Shown one piece after another: positions 45,160 through 57,100 of a stretch of 64,000 bases of DNA. This DNA is from an uncultured Planctomycetaceae bacterium (GTDB lineage Bacteria; Planctomycetota; Planctomycetia; Pirellulales; PALSA-1355), in assembly GCA_963828155.1 (NCBI GenBank), contig CAWHDQ010000006.1, forward strand, positions 282,119 to 346,118. Reading direction: 5' to 3'. The notes beneath the pieces are model-generated. The model had not been told where the DNA came from and did not search any database. It saw nothing but the letters and a program-made list of their open reading frames with translations. The stretch's first letter is position 1. Each line of letters begins with the position of its first letter. A program made the translations under genes and the position numbers.

Positions 45160-45561
45160 TCATGCGCCCCGGCTCGTGTCGTCCGGCGGCGGAGGATCGG
45201 CACCGCGCCGCGACCAGTAGCCGTCGGTGGCCATCGCCAGCACGCAGGTCACGCCCAGCAGGGCCAACTCTCCGCCCAGCAGCAGCATGCCGTGCTGATC
45301 GAGAAACACCATCAGCGGGTGCTTTTCGTCGGCCACGTCGGGCGACATCGCCTTGAGCGCCATCACGCCGTAAGCGCAGGCCGTCAGCGCGAACGCGACC
45401 CCGGCCAGCACCAGCAGCGGGTAAAACGGATTGATGCGTTCTTTGCACTGCGCCACGATCTTCCTCGCTGGAGCAAACCGCCCCCAGTCGCCATCCGCCG
45501 GGTAAATTGTACCACGATACCAAGTGCCCGGCCCGTCTGTCGTGACCAAAGGGTGCCGCAC
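45160..45561 (-). CDS. small membrane protein downstream of murD
   Basis: The GTG at 45561..45559 overlaps the repaired murD stop (TAGTG). Two hydrophobic helices (FYPLLVLAGVAFALTACAYGVMAL; LLLGGELALLGVTCVLAMA). Alternative GTG at 45456. Read from the frame of track ORF 45160..46140. Confidence 0.4.
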   Translation of the reverse strand: MRHPLVTTDGPGTWYRGTIYPADGDWGRFAPARKIVAQCKERINPFYPLLVLAGVAFALTACAYGVMALKAMSPDVADEKHPLMVFLDQHGMLLLGGELALLGVTCVLAMATDGYWSRRGADPPPPDDTSRGA

Positions 45562-46861
45562 TACCGGCCCGCCGCGGCGGCCAGCTCGCGAAAGACGTCG
45601 GCCCGGTGCTCGAAATCGCGGAATTGGTCCAGGCTGCGCAGGCCGGCGAGAGCAGGATCGTGTCGCCCGGCGCGGAGTGTGCCCAGCACCAGGCGAAGGC
45701 GGTCGCGAGATCCGGCACTGTGCAGCAGGCAAACTCGGGACGCCGGGCGGCCAGCAGATCACGCAGCCGCCGACCGGTCGCGCCGTAGCAAGCGGCTCCG
45801 GCGGCCTGGCGGACGACCTCGTCGGCCAGGGGGCCGAAATCGGCGCCTTTGTCGAGCCCGCCCAATAGCAGCCACGTCCGGCCCGGGGTGGCGGCCAAGG
45901 CGGCGAGCGTTGCCTCGGGCGTGGTCGATTTCGAATCGTCGACGATCTTCCGGCCGCCGATTGTGCCGACGAGTTGGCAGCGATGGTCGAGGCCCGTGAA
46001 CTGGGCCAACGCGGATTGAATTCGCGGTTCGGCGATACCCAAATGCTCGGCGGCGGCGGCCGCCAAGGCCGCATTGCGGCGATTGTGCTCGCCCGGCACG
46101 GCCAGCGGACCGACACGATCGACCGGCCACGCCGGCACAAGCTGCGCTCGCTTGCCCACGGTCCAAGACCGCAACAGCGCGTCGGCCGGGTCGATCACGA
46201 CGAATCCGCCCGCGGGCAGCATTTCGACCAACCGGCGTTTGGCCGCCACGTACGCTTCCCAACTGCCGTGCCAATCGAGATGGTTGGGCGTGCAGCCGGT
46301 GATCACGGCGCCCAGCGGCGGGCGAACGCGATCGCTCAGATGCGCGAGCTGAAAACTACTCACTTCGAGGACCACCCGGTGGTCGGGTTCGATCTGGGGC
46401 AGCTTGTCGAGCAGGCTGACGCCGATGTTGCCGCCCAGCCAGGTAGTACCACCGCCCGCCGCCAGGCATGCCGCGAGCATGGTGGCCGTTGTGCTCTTGC
46501 CGTTGGAGCCGGTCACCGCGACGACCGGGGCCGGACAGCGGTCGAGGAACAGCTCGGTCTCGGAGGTCATCGCGATGCCGCGATTGCGTGCCAGGGCGAG
46601 CAACGTGCTCTCGGGCCGCACGGCCGGATTAACCACAATCGCATCAGCGTCGGCAAAATCGGACTCGTCGTGCCGGCCGAGCGTCCAGCGGTCAATCGAC
46701 ACATCGGCCAGGGCCGCGATCGATTCACGCAAGTCGTCGGCCGAGGCCAGATCGGTCACCGTGACCAGGGCCCCTTGCCGGGCCAGCCAGCGGGCGGCCG
46801 CCACGCCGCCTCCATGCCGGCCCAGGCCCATCACGGTCACGCGCTGGCCGGAGAAATCCAT
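45561..46861 (-). CDS. murD: UDP-N-acetylmuramoyl-L-alanine--D-glutamate ligase; one frame break ~25 codons from the end
   Basis: MDFSGQRVTVMGLGRHGGG, VAVTGSNGKSTT, NHLDWHG, DDSKSTTPEA, ILLSPACA. The canonical tail DQFRDFEHRADVFRELAAAAGR* lies in another frame; break near 45636-45645. Both ends of the 640-aa track ORF are artefacts. Confidence 0.9.
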
Positions 46862-46968
46862 TTGCTCGCTCCCGCGCGAGAAAACGCGCTGCGGTCGGCC
46901 TGACTTCCGGCGACCGCAGCGCGCTGGATGCTTTCGACTCTCAGCCCGGCGCGCCGGCCGCGCAGCGG

Positions 46969-49539
46969 TCAATCCGTCATTGAGCCGCCTTCGCGCTTCG
47001 ATTGCCATACGGACCAGAGCAATCCCAGGACGCAAACGGCCACCGCCCCCCAATAGAAGTTATTGAGCGGCTCTTCGACCAGACCGGTGACGCCGATGCT
47101 CTTGAGCTTGTCGACGACCGCATGATCGAACGGCAGGATCAAGGGAATGATCAGCAGGCTGACCATGTTCATCACCTTGATCAGCGGGTTGATCGCCGGA
47201 CCGGCAGTGTCCTTGAGCGGGTCGCCCACGGTGTCGCCGGTCACAGCGGCCTTGTGCTTCTCGCTACCCTTGCCGGTATTGGCTTCCAGGTCGCGGGGTT
47301 CGTCCTCGACCATCTTCTTGGCGTTGTCCCAGGCGCCACCGGCATTGGCCATGAACACGGCCAGCAACTGGCCGCTGACGATCATGCCGGCCAGGAACCC
47401 GGCCAGGGCGATGATGCCCATCCCGAAGCCGACCAGGATCGGCACCAGAATCGCGAGCAGCGCCGGACCGACCAACTCCTTCTGCGCCGAGCCGGTGCAG
47501 ATGGCCACGACGCGGCCGTAGTCGGGTTTCTTGGTGCCGGCCCAGATTTCCTTGTCGCGGAACTGGATTCGGCATTCCTTGACGATCAGAAACGCGGCCC
47601 GGCCCACGGCCCGAATGGTCATCGAGCTGAACAGGAACGGCACGCTGGCCCCGATCAAGAGGCCGACGAACAAGCTGGGATTGGAGACCGTGATCATGGC
47701 CGCCACGGCATCGTAGACGTCGCGACTGACGTTGGCCTTTTCGCCCTGGCCGCCGGAGCCGACCGAGACGATGAAGCTGTTGAACAGCGACACGGCCGCG
47801 ATCACGGCCGAGCCGATCGCGATGCCCTTGGTGATGGCCTTGGTGGTGTTGCCCACCGCGTCCAGGTCGGCCAGGGTCTGGCGGGCTTCCTTGTACTTGG
47901 CATCGCCCATCGCCTGGCGGTCGTAGCCCATTTCGCCGATGCCGTTGGCGTTGTCGGCGACCGGCCCGAACACGTCCATCGAGATCGTGTTGCCGGTGAG
48001 CGTGAGCATGCCGATGCCGCACATCGCCACGCCGTAGGCGACAAACGTGGCATTGGTGCCGGAATAGACAAACACGCTCGCCATGATGGCCGCGGAAATG
48101 ATGAGCACGGCGGCCACCGTGCTTTCGTAACCCACGGCAAAGCCTTGAATGATGTTCGTCGCGTGGCCGGTACTACAGTTCTTGGCCAGGCTCTTGACCG
48201 GCTCGTACTCGGTGCCGGTGTAGTATTCGGTACACTTGTTGAGGAGCACGGCCAGGATGATGCCGATCAGGCAGGTCCAGGCGGGGCGCATGTCCAGGCC
48301 GGGCATGTTGAAATTGACCCACTGCGGCAGGCCGGCCGTGGTGTTTTCGATCGTGTGACCGGGGAAGCCAGCGGCGGCTTGCGGGTACTCCTGCAGGTAG
48401 TGATCGTCGAACCGCAGATAACCCAGGCCCAGGAGCACGAAGCCCACGATCGACAGCATCGAGCCGATCACGAAGCCCTTGTTGACGCTCTTCATGGCCT
48501 CAGAGGCCGTGCCCTTGTCGCCAGCCCGGACGCTGTAGGTGCTGATGATGCTGGCCACGACGCCGATGGCCCGGACCAAGAGCGGGAAGATCACGCCCTT
48601 GTGGCCGAAGCTGGCAATGCCCAGGATCATGGCGGCCACGATGGTCACTTCGTAGCTTTCGAAGATGTCGGCCGCCATGCCGGCGCAGTCGCCGACGTTG
48701 TCGCCGACGTTGTCGGCGATGGTGGCGGCGTTGCGGGGGTCGTCCTCGGGAATGCCGGCCTCGACCTTGCCGACCAGGTCGGCGCCGACGTCGGCCGCCT
48801 TGGTATAGATGCCGCCGCCGACCCGCATGAACAGGGCCAACAGCGTGCCGCCAAAGCCGAAGCCCAACAAAGCTTCATAGGCCTCTTCGCCGTAAATCAA
48901 AAAGATAATCGAGCCGCCCAAGAGGCCCAGGCCGTCGGTCAACATGCCGGTGATCGTGCCGGTCCGGTAGCCAAGCTGGAGGGCCTTGCCGAAGCTATCC
49001 TGGGCCGCCGCGGCGACGCGCAGGTTGCCGACCGTGGCCAGCCGCATGCCGACGAAGCCGACCGTTGCCGAGAAAATCGAGCCGATCAGAAACGAAATCG
49101 CCCGGCCGATGGCGATTTCCTGCGGCGCGGGTGGCTCCTGTTTGGTGGCCGCCAGGTACAGGCCGATCGTAATCACGACGATCAGGACGGCCACGACCCG
49201 GAACTGCTTATAGAGATACGCGTTGGCCCCTTCGCGGATGGCCTGGGCGATCTCTTGCATCCGGGGCGTGCCCTGCGGAGCATTTTGCACCTGACCGACC
49301 AGCATCAGCGCATACGCCAGGCCGGCGATGGCCACGAGCACGTTGGCGATCAAGGCGATCTTCTCGACCTGGTTGTACTTGTCGCTGGTCAGAGGCTCCC
49401 AGAGCGGAATGTGGCTGACCACGGTCTCGCCCGCGGCGCCGATCACCAGCGCCGGCCGCATTTGGAGCCAACTGGCCGCTCCCAACAGCACCACCGCCAG
49501 GACGGCTAGGGCCGGAACAACAGCTCGCTTCATGATCAC
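46969..49539 (-). CDS. hppA: membrane-bound proton-translocating pyrophosphatase
   Basis: Intact 856-aa polytopic ORF. GGGIYTKAADVGADLVGKVE, DNVGDNVGDCAGM, GDTVGDP. The GNTTKAITKG motif has Lys where K+-dependent enzymes have Ala, suggesting the K+-independent type. Confidence 0.95.
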   Translation of the reverse strand: MIMKRAVVPALAVLAVVLLGAASWLQMRPALVIGAAGETVVSHIPLWEPLTSDKYNQVEKIALIANVLVAIAGLAYALMLVGQVQNAPQGTPRMQEIAQAIREGANAYLYKQFRVVAVLIVVITIGLYLAATKQEPPAPQEIAIGRAISFLIGSIFSATVGFVGMRLATVGNLRVAAAAQDSFGKALQLGYRTGTITGMLTDGLGLLGGSIIFLIYGEEAYEALLGFGFGGTLLALFMRVGGGIYTKAADVGADLVGKVEAGIPEDDPRNAATIADNVGDNVGDCAGMAADIFESYEVTIVAAMILGIASFGHKGVIFPLLVRAIGVVASIISTYSVRAGDKGTASEAMKSVNKGFVIGSMLSIVGFVLLGLGYLRFDDHYLQEYPQAAAGFPGHTIENTTAGLPQWVNFNMPGLDMRPAWTCLIGIILAVLLNKCTEYYTGTEYEPVKSLAKNCSTGHATNIIQGFAVGYESTVAAVLIISAAIMASVFVYSGTNATFVAYGVAMCGIGMLTLTGNTISMDVFGPVADNANGIGEMGYDRQAMGDAKYKEARQTLADLDAVGNTTKAITKGIAIGSAVIAAVSLFNSFIVSVGSGGQGEKANVSRDVYDAVAAMITVSNPSLFVGLLIGASVPFLFSSMTIRAVGRAAFLIVKECRIQFRDKEIWAGTKKPDYGRVVAICTGSAQKELVGPALLAILVPILVGFGMGIIALAGFLAGMIVSGQLLAVFMANAGGAWDNAKKMVEDEPRDLEANTGKGSEKHKAAVTGDTVGDPLKDTAGPAINPLIKVMNMVSLLIIPLILPFDHAVVDKLKSIGVTGLVEEPLNNFYWGAVAVCVLGLLWSVWQSKREGGSMTD

Positions 49540-50073
49540 CTCGAATGCGTTTGCGGGAATTGTCGTCGAAACGAAACTTCACGCGGCCTGGGCGCCGCCA
49601 CGCTCGACCCGATCTCGTCCGGCGGAAGGAGCCGCGACCATGTCTGGCCGACGACCCGCCCTTGCCGGCGGCGCGCCCTGCGCCGACGAGCCAGATGGAC
49701 GCGGCGCCCCGTGGGTGACGCGTAAAAAAACCGATTTGCCTGGGCCCTTCCAGAGCGGTCGGGCGGGACCGCATTGGCCTCCGCCGCGGCGTCCGAAAAG
49801 CTGAAGATACCGTCTGGGGGTTTGCTTCCTAACCCCAAATTCTGCGATTGTCCCGGCTTTTTGGCGGCGCCTCCCGCCGCCAGGAAGCCGCGAGTTTACC
49901 CCGTGTTTCCCTACGGGGCAAGTTGGCGCCACGTGGTATTATTGAGCGGTCTCACGAAGCCCCCGCGGACGGCGCTGGCCGACGGCTTGCCGGCCCGGAC
50001 GACCGTCCGATTCCGGAGGCGACAAGGTGAGCGTTTTTCCGTCCCTCGCCGCTGCCCGGAGCCAAATCGTCCC

Positions 50074-51816
50074 ATGACGCTGCTTTCGATCGTGCTGGTC
50101 TCGGCCGTGATCCTGTCGGTGGCCTATCTGACCTACGGCCGGCTGCTGAGCCGGCTCTTGCAGCTGGATCCTACGGCCCAGACGCCGGCCGTGGAGCTGC
50201 GGGACGACGTCGATTACGTGCCGATCGAGCCCAAGTTCCTGCTGTCGCAGCATTTTTCGGCGATTGCGGCGGCCGGACCGATCGTCGGGCCGATCGTGGC
50301 CGGCGTGGCCTTTGGCTGGCTGCCCGCCCTACTATGGATTTTGATCGGGTCGATTTTCATCGGCGGGGTACACGATATCACCACGCTGGTGGCCTCGATC
50401 CGGCATAAAGCCCGCTCGATTGCCGAAGTCGTCCGCGACCACATGAGCGGCCGGGCCTATATGCTGTTTCTGGCTTTCGTCTGGCTGAGCCTGGTGTACA
50501 TCATCGTGGCGTTCACCGATGTGACGGCCGGCGCCTTCCTGGGCCAGGTCGAGCTGGAAAGCGGGGAGAAAACGACCATCCTCGGCGGCGGCATCGCCAC
50601 CAGTTCGCTGCTTTACCTGGCCCTGCCGATCATCATGGGCCTGCTGCTGCGGTACACCAAGCTGAGCCTGGGCTGGGCGACGCTGATCTTCGTGCCGCTG
50701 GTGGGCGTGGCGATCTGGGCCGGCCAGCTGATGCCGTTCGACATCCAGCAGCAGTTCGATCTCAGTCCGGCCAACGCCAAGCGCTGCTGGAACACGGCCC
50801 TGCTGGCCTATTGCTTCGTCGCCTCGCTGATCCCGATGTGGCTGCTGCTCCAGCCCCGCGGCCATTTGGGTGGCTACTTTCTGTATCTGGCCCTGGGCGG
50901 CGGAATGCTGGGCGTGATCGTGGGCGGGATTCGCGGGGTTGACCAGATTCAGTATCCGGCCTTCAACGGCTGGGAAACGCCCCTCGGCGCGCTGATCCCG
51001 ATGCTGTTCGTGACCATCGCTTGCGGCGCCTGCTCGGGCTTTCACTCGATCATCGCCTCGGGCACCACCTCCAAGCAGCTCCGCCGCGAGACCGACGCCC
51101 GGGTGATTGGCTACGGGGCCATGCTGCTCGAAGCGATGGTCGCCATCATTTCGCTCTGCTGCGTGATGAAACTGGCCAAGGGCAGCAGCGGGGCCAAGCT
51201 CGACCCCAATCATCTGTACGCGGTCGGCGTGGGCGATTTTCTCAAGGTGCTGGGCATTCCCCACGAATTCGCCGTTTCGTTCGCCCTGATGGCGTTCACG
51301 ACGTTCGTCTACGACACGCTCGACGTCTGCACCCGACTGGGCCGCTACATCCTGCAAGAACTGTTCGGCCGCCACGATCGCGCTAGCGGCTGGATCGCCA
51401 CCGGCATCACCGCCGTGGTGCCGCTGGTGCTGCTGTGGATGCCGCCGACGGTCGACGCGGCCGGCCGGCCGATTCCCGCCTGGCGGATTTACTGGAACCT
51501 GTTCGGGGCAAGCAACCAGCTGTTGGCGGCCCTGGCCCTGATTGGCGTGACCGTCTGGCTCTGGCAGACTCGCCGGGCCTGGTGGGTGTGGGTCGTGACG
51601 GGCATTCCCGCCGCCTTGATGTATACGATGAGCACCTGGGCCCTGGTGTCGCTCATTCAGAGCAAGTTCGCCGCCGGTTTGACCTACGACCCGGTCCCCT
51701 GGGTCGGCATCGTGCTGATCGGGCTGGCCATTCTGATGCTGGCCGAGGCGGCTTGGGTGATCGCCGGACCCAAACAAAAAACCGCCAGGGCCGAAGCCCT
51801 GGCGGTTGTGGATTGA
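50074..51816 (+). CDS. cstA: carbon starvation protein A (peptide/pyruvate transporter family)
   Basis: MTLLSIVLVSAVILSVAYLTYGRLL...DYVPIEPKFLLSQHFSAIAAAGPIVGPIVA...FIGGVHD...CGACSGFHSIIASGTTSKQL. ATG 50074 is preferred over the ORF start 49774. Confidence 0.92.
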   Translation: MTLLSIVLVSAVILSVAYLTYGRLLSRLLQLDPTAQTPAVELRDDVDYVPIEPKFLLSQHFSAIAAAGPIVGPIVAGVAFGWLPALLWILIGSIFIGGVHDITTLVASIRHKARSIAEVVRDHMSGRAYMLFLAFVWLSLVYIIVAFTDVTAGAFLGQVELESGEKTTILGGGIATSSLLYLALPIIMGLLLRYTKLSLGWATLIFVPLVGVAIWAGQLMPFDIQQQFDLSPANAKRCWNTALLAYCFVASLIPMWLLLQPRGHLGGYFLYLALGGGMLGVIVGGIRGVDQIQYPAFNGWETPLGALIPMLFVTIACGACSGFHSIIASGTTSKQLRRETDARVIGYGAMLLEAMVAIISLCCVMKLAKGSSGAKLDPNHLYAVGVGDFLKVLGIPHEFAVSFALMAFTTFVYDTLDVCTRLGRYILQELFGRHDRASGWIATGITAVVPLVLLWMPPTVDAAGRPIPAWRIYWNLFGASNQLLAALALIGVTVWLWQTRRAWWVWVVTGIPAALMYTMSTWALVSLIQSKFAAGLTYDPVPWVGIVLIGLAILMLAEAAWVIAGPKQKTARAEALAVVD

Positions 51817-51864
51817 ACTTATTCGGATCTCAATACCCCACGCCCGAAGCCGTGGGCTCGGCAC

Positions 51865-53579
51865 TCACTGACCACAGGCCGGAGCGCAGCCGCCGGCCGC
51901 AGCACAACCACCGGCCACCGGCACCTGGCAGGTCACGGTCTTGGGGACCATCTTGCAAACCTGAACCTGGACTTCCTTCTGCACGGTGTAGGGCACCTGG
52001 ACCGTGACGGTCGACTTCACCTCTTCGGCCACGCAGCGGTAGGTGGTCACGTTACGCGTGCCGGTGCGGGTTTCCGGCTCGCAGTAGTTCTCGGTCACTT
52101 CGCGGGTGGCCGGCTCACTGACCATCTTGCAGACCTGGACCTGCTTGGTCCGGGTTTCCGGATGGCACTCGGTGTACTGAACCTCGCGAGTCGCCGGCTC
52201 ATTCACCATCTTGCAGACCTGAACCTGCTTGGTCCGCGTCTCCGCGTGGCACTCGGTGTACTGAACCTCGCGAGTCGCCGGCTCATTGACCATCTTGCAG
52301 ACCTGAACCTGCTTGGTCCGGGTCTCCGCGTGGCACTCGATGTACTGAACCTCGCGAGTCGCCGGCTCATTGACCATCTTGCAGACCTGAACCTGCTTGG
52401 TTTGCACTTCCGGCTTGCAGAGCGTCACCTGGTACTCGAACGAAACGTTCTCAATCTGCTGCTGCATGCAAGTGACGGGCACCTGCTTGCTGACGATGTT
52501 CGGCACCCAGCGGCGCTGCGTCGTCGCACATCCGCTTGGGGCACATCCGCTTGGGGCACAGCCACTCGGAGCGGCACAGCCACCCGAATTGCAAGCCGGA
52601 GCACAGCCGCTCGGCGCACACCCGCCGCCGCCGCCGCGGTGATGGCGGAAGCCGATCGTCTGAATCGAGTTGGCGGCCGTCTTAGCCGTCTTAGCCGCCG
52701 CGGGCGCGGCCGAGGCACCATTCGACGCACAGGCAGGCGCACCACAACCGGGCGCCGCAGCCGGAGCACAGTTGACCGGCACATCTTCCCAGTGGCCTTG
52801 ATCCTCGCAAACGGTCTTCATGACGGTCACGGGAACGAGCTTGCAAACCGGGCGGCGTGCCTTGCCGCGTTTCGGTGTAAGGCACCATCACGGTCACCTG
52901 CTGGTCAACCGTTTCCATCACCGGCTTGCAGACCGTGTAATTGACGGTCCGGGTCTTCGTCTCGGGGACCATCACCGTGTATTGCTGTTCGACCGTCTCC
53001 ATCACCGGCTTGCAGACGGTGTAGTTGATCGTCCGGGTCTTCGTCTCGGGGACCATCACCGTGTACTGCTGTTCGACCGTCTCCATCACCGGCTTGCAAA
53101 CCGTGTAGTTGATCGTCCGGGTCTTCGTCTCGGGGACCATCACCGTGTACTGCTGTTCGACCGTCTCCATCACCGGCTTGCAGACCGTGTAGTTGACGGT
53201 CCGGGTGCGAGTCTTGGGCACCATCACGGTGTATTGATAGCAGACCTGGCGGGTCTCGGGCACGTTGCGATAGACGGTGCGAGTGACTTCACGCTGCTCG
53301 GCGCGGCACTCGGTAACGTTGACCGTGCGGGTTTCCGTGACCATCGTCGGCACCATGATCGTGCGCTCGACGGTCTGATAGGCCGGCGCACAGGCCGGCG
53401 CCTGCAGCCTGGCAGGCACCGCCCGCCTGGCAAGGAGCCGCGGCTTGGCAAGGCGAATTGTTGCAGCCCGAATCGCAACAGCCGCCGCCGCGTCGCCAAT
53501 GTCCTCCGGCCTCCGCCACCGAAACTCCGGCCGCGAGAACTGCCAAAACTGCCCACCAACACTCACGCTGAATCTTCAT
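51865..53579 (-). CDS. secreted Cys-rich YTV-type repeat protein (planctomycete envelope protein class); two frame breaks
   Basis: GGAG SD before ATG 53579. Signal peptide MKIQRECWWAVLAVLAAGVSVA. CxxC/GC-rich spacers. Four 28-aa repeats YTVMVPETKTRTINYTVCKPVMETVEQQ and 3.3 28-aa repeats KQVQVCKMVNEPATREVQYTECHAETRT. ORFs 53289..53663, 52691..53566 and 51865..52830 join near 53395-53410 and 52845-52855. Confidence 0.8.
52121..52400. repeat. 84-bp tandem repeat, ~3.3 copies, coding (28-aa unit)
   Basis: The unit start accatcttgcagacctg recurs at 52121, 52205, 52289 and 52373. Copies 52205-52288 and 52289-52372 differ at 2 of 84 positions by my reading. Confidence 0.9.
52915..53250. repeat. 84-bp tandem repeat, 4 copies, coding (28-aa YTV unit)
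   Basis: The unit start ccatcaccggcttgca recurs at 52915, 52999, 53083 and 53167. Copies 52999-53082 and 53083-53166 differ at 2 of 84 positions by my reading. Confidence 0.9.
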
Positions 53580-54182
53580 GATGTTTCTCCTGGTCCATGA
53601 CGAGTTGCCGATCGCGCTGTACAAGCCGGCCTGGAAGATAATCCCCTCCCTCGCCGGTGTCAATCATTGACGCTCGTTTGTGGATGAGGCGAGTAGACAA
53701 TTAAAATGCTCACGCGGCGCTCATCTCGCCATCGCGACGTTTCGGCCAGCCGCTTCAGGATGGTTGTGCAACAACCGGCCGCTCCGGCATCGATTCGGCG
53801 GCCATGTGGGACGACGAATGGAACGGGTGTCAGTGCGTTCCTGCGCGCTGTCACGCGCGCGATGGTCTGCCACAATGGAGCGCGCTTGAGATGGGCGGGT
53901 AGGGGTCGTCTGCGGTTCCGGCACGCCATTTTCGGCGCTGGCCTCGGCCCAGCGCGCCCCCGTCGAACCCGGAATGCTACCGCGGGCTGCTTGCCTTCGA
54001 GCGCAAGCCGCAGTTAGCATGATGGAAGTGGCCGTGGCGGCATGACTTGCCGCGCGGGCATCCCTCGCGTTCGGGTCGCCGCCCGTCCGCTGTGTCCCCC
54101 GAAAGCGGACCGGCAAGTTGACCCCGTAGCCGGACCCGCAAGCCGCCATTTCCCTACATCCACTACGCGAATAGAAAATCCG

Positions 54183-57100
54183 ATGCAGAGTTTTTGGTCG
54201 CGGCTGTGCGTGATTGCTTTACTGGCCGCCGTACTAGGTTTGGCGATCGAAGCCACCCGTTCGGACCGGGGCGGTTCGCAATCTGGCCCGGCGGCGCCAA
54301 CCGAGCTGCGCCAAGGCAGAATCTTCACCAGTTGGCACCGCGATTGCTCCGGACGGCAAATCCACAGCCGCAAGCCCGTCACCGGGTAGCCGGGCGGCCG
54401 CCGAACCGCCGGGCGAACTGCTGGCGATCGCTTCGCCACCGGACATCGAGCGGTCCGAGCCGCACTTCGGCATCACCGAGCGGACGCCCTGGACCACGTC
54501 GCACATCCAGGGCACGCCCGAGCCTCCGCCCCCTTACCAGACGCGGCAGCTCTACCCGCACCTGCATTTCAAGGAGCCGGTGGCGATCGTCGCGGCGCCG
54601 ACGATAAATCGATACTTCCTCTGCGAGCACGAGGGGAAGATTTATTCGTTCTCGTTCGATCCCCAAGTCGAGCAAGCCCAGTTGGCCATTGACCTGCGGA
54701 AGCAAGTGCAAACGGTCCACTTGTGCAAAGACGCCGCCAAGGTGACCGAGCTCTACGGAATGGCGCGTGCACCCCAAGTTCGCCGAGAACCGGTACTGCT
54801 ACGTCTGCTACAAGATGGATCCCAACTACTGGGGTCAAATCGAAAATGGGACGCGCGTTTCACGGTTCACCGTCACCGAGAGCGATCCGCCCAAGCTCGA
54901 CCCGGCCAGCGAGCAGATCGTCATCAGCTGGCTCGGTGGCGGACATAACGGCGGCTGCCTCGAGTTCGGTCCCGACGGCTGCCTGTACATTTCCAGCGGC
55001 GACGGCGGTTTTCCGAATCCACCCGATCCGCACCATACCGGCCAGGATGTCGGCGATCTGCTGAGCTCGGTGCTGCGGATCGACGTCGATCACGAGCAGC
55101 AGGATTCCTCCGGCGCAACCCGGCCGTACACGATTCCGGCCGATAATCCGTTCGTCGGCCAGAGCGGCGTCCGGGGCGAAATCTGGGCCTACGGATTTCG
55201 CAATCCCTGGAAGATGAGCTTCGATCGGGCCACCGGAGACCTGTGGGTCGGCGACGTGGGTTGGGAACTGTGGGAGCTGGCCGATCGCGTCGTCCGCGGA
55301 GGCAATTACGGCTGGAGCGTCGTCGAAGGTCAGCAACCGGTCTACCCCGATGCGAAGCGCGGTCCGACGCCCATTCTGCCTCCAACAATCGCCGTACCGC
55401 ACACCGATGGCGCTTCGATTACCGGCGGCTACGTCTATCGCGGCAAGCGCCTGCCCGATCTGGTCGGCACGTATGTCTTTGGCGATTGGGAATCGCGCCG
55501 CATCTGGGCGCGCGCGCGTCCAGGGCGACAAGGTCGAACCCTACGTCGAGATCTCGTTGCCCGGCCCGCGGATCGTGGCCTTCGGCGAAGATCCGGAGGG
55601 CGAACTGCTCGTCCTCGACTTCGATCACGGCACGATCCACGAGCTGGTGCCCAACCCCCGGGCAGGCTCAGTCGATACCTTTCCCACCAAGCTAAGCGAG
55701 ACCGGACTGTTCGCGAACGTGGCCGAGCAGCGGCCGGCGCCGGGCGTGATCGACTTTTCGATCCAGGCCCCGGCCTGGGCCGATTATGCCACGGCCCAGC
55801 GTTGGGTAGCCCTGCCCGACCGTTCGACGGCCACGATCCACGCCGAGCCGGTCGAAGTACACGAATCGATGTTCCGGGAGCTCGTCACGTTTCCTGCCGA
55901 CGGCGTGCTGGCCAAGACGATCTCGCTGGAGATGAGGCAAGGCGACCCGGCGACGGCCCGGCGTCTGGAAACGCAGATCCTGCACTACGACGGCCGCTAT
56001 TGGCGAGGGTACACCTACGCCTGGAACGACGAGCAGACCGAGGCCACGCTGGTCGAAGCCGCGGGCCGCAATCGCACCTTTGACATCGAAGATCCGCAGG
56101 CTCCCGGCGGCCATCGCAAGCAGATTTGGCACTTTGCCAGCCGCAACGAGTGCCTGCAGTGCCACAATCCCTGGGCGGGTTTCCGCCTGGCCTTCACCGC
56201 GCCGCAGCTCAATCGCGACCACTGCTACGGCGAGCGCACCGACAACCAGTTGCGGACCCTGGAGCACATCGGCTTGATCCGCTTCGAGCCGCCGCTGCCT
56301 TCGATCGACGAGCCCGAAGTGACTCCGGAGTTGAAACCGCCGGGCCGCCTCGCCAATCCGTACGACGAGCATGCCGAGCTGGATCCCCGAGCCCGGGCCT
56401 GGCTGCACGTCAATTGCTCGCATTGTCATCAGTTCGGCGCCGGCGGCACGGCCGACATCGAGCTCCGCGAGGAATACCCGGTCACGGCCACGAAGGCGCT
56501 CGAAGCCCCCCCGCGGCAAGGCAGTTTCGGGATCGCCCGCGGGCAATTGCTCGCGCCGGGAGATCCATACCGCTCGATCCTCTACTACCGCATTGCCAAG
56601 ATGGGCCGCGGCCGGATGCCCCACATCGGATCCGACCTGGTCGATGTGCCTGGAACGAAGTTGATCCACGACTGGATCCGGCAACTGCCGGTCCATAAAG
56701 ACGAATTTGCGGCGGTCGAGAGGCTGCGGGCGCTGGATGAGCAAACCAACCTGGACCGCGAAGCTCGGGAAAACCGCCGCCGTCTGCGGCAATTGGCCCG
56801 CGACATCGCCCGCGAAAGCGAGCGGCTCGAGCCCACCGACGAAGACCGGGCCCAGGCCCCCAAACGCCGCGAGCGCGAGTTGGCCGACGCGGCCAAGAAT
56901 CGAGCGACCGACCGGATCAACACGATCAATCAGCTGCTGTCGGCGCCGGCATCCGCCCTGGTCCTGGCGCGTTCGATGGATACGAAGCCCTTGCCGCCGG
57001 TGATCGAACAGCAGACGCTGGCCGCTGTCGCAGCCCTGACCGACAGCCAGGTGCGCGATCTGTTCGAGCGGTTCCTGCCGCCCGAGCAGCGGTTCGAGCG

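Noticed and set aside
52121-53250. Regularly spaced 84-bp repeats considered as a possible CRISPR array.
   Set aside because: The repeats are contiguous, with no unique spacers. They are in-frame 28-aa protein repeats inside a secreted protein, and no cas genes are present.
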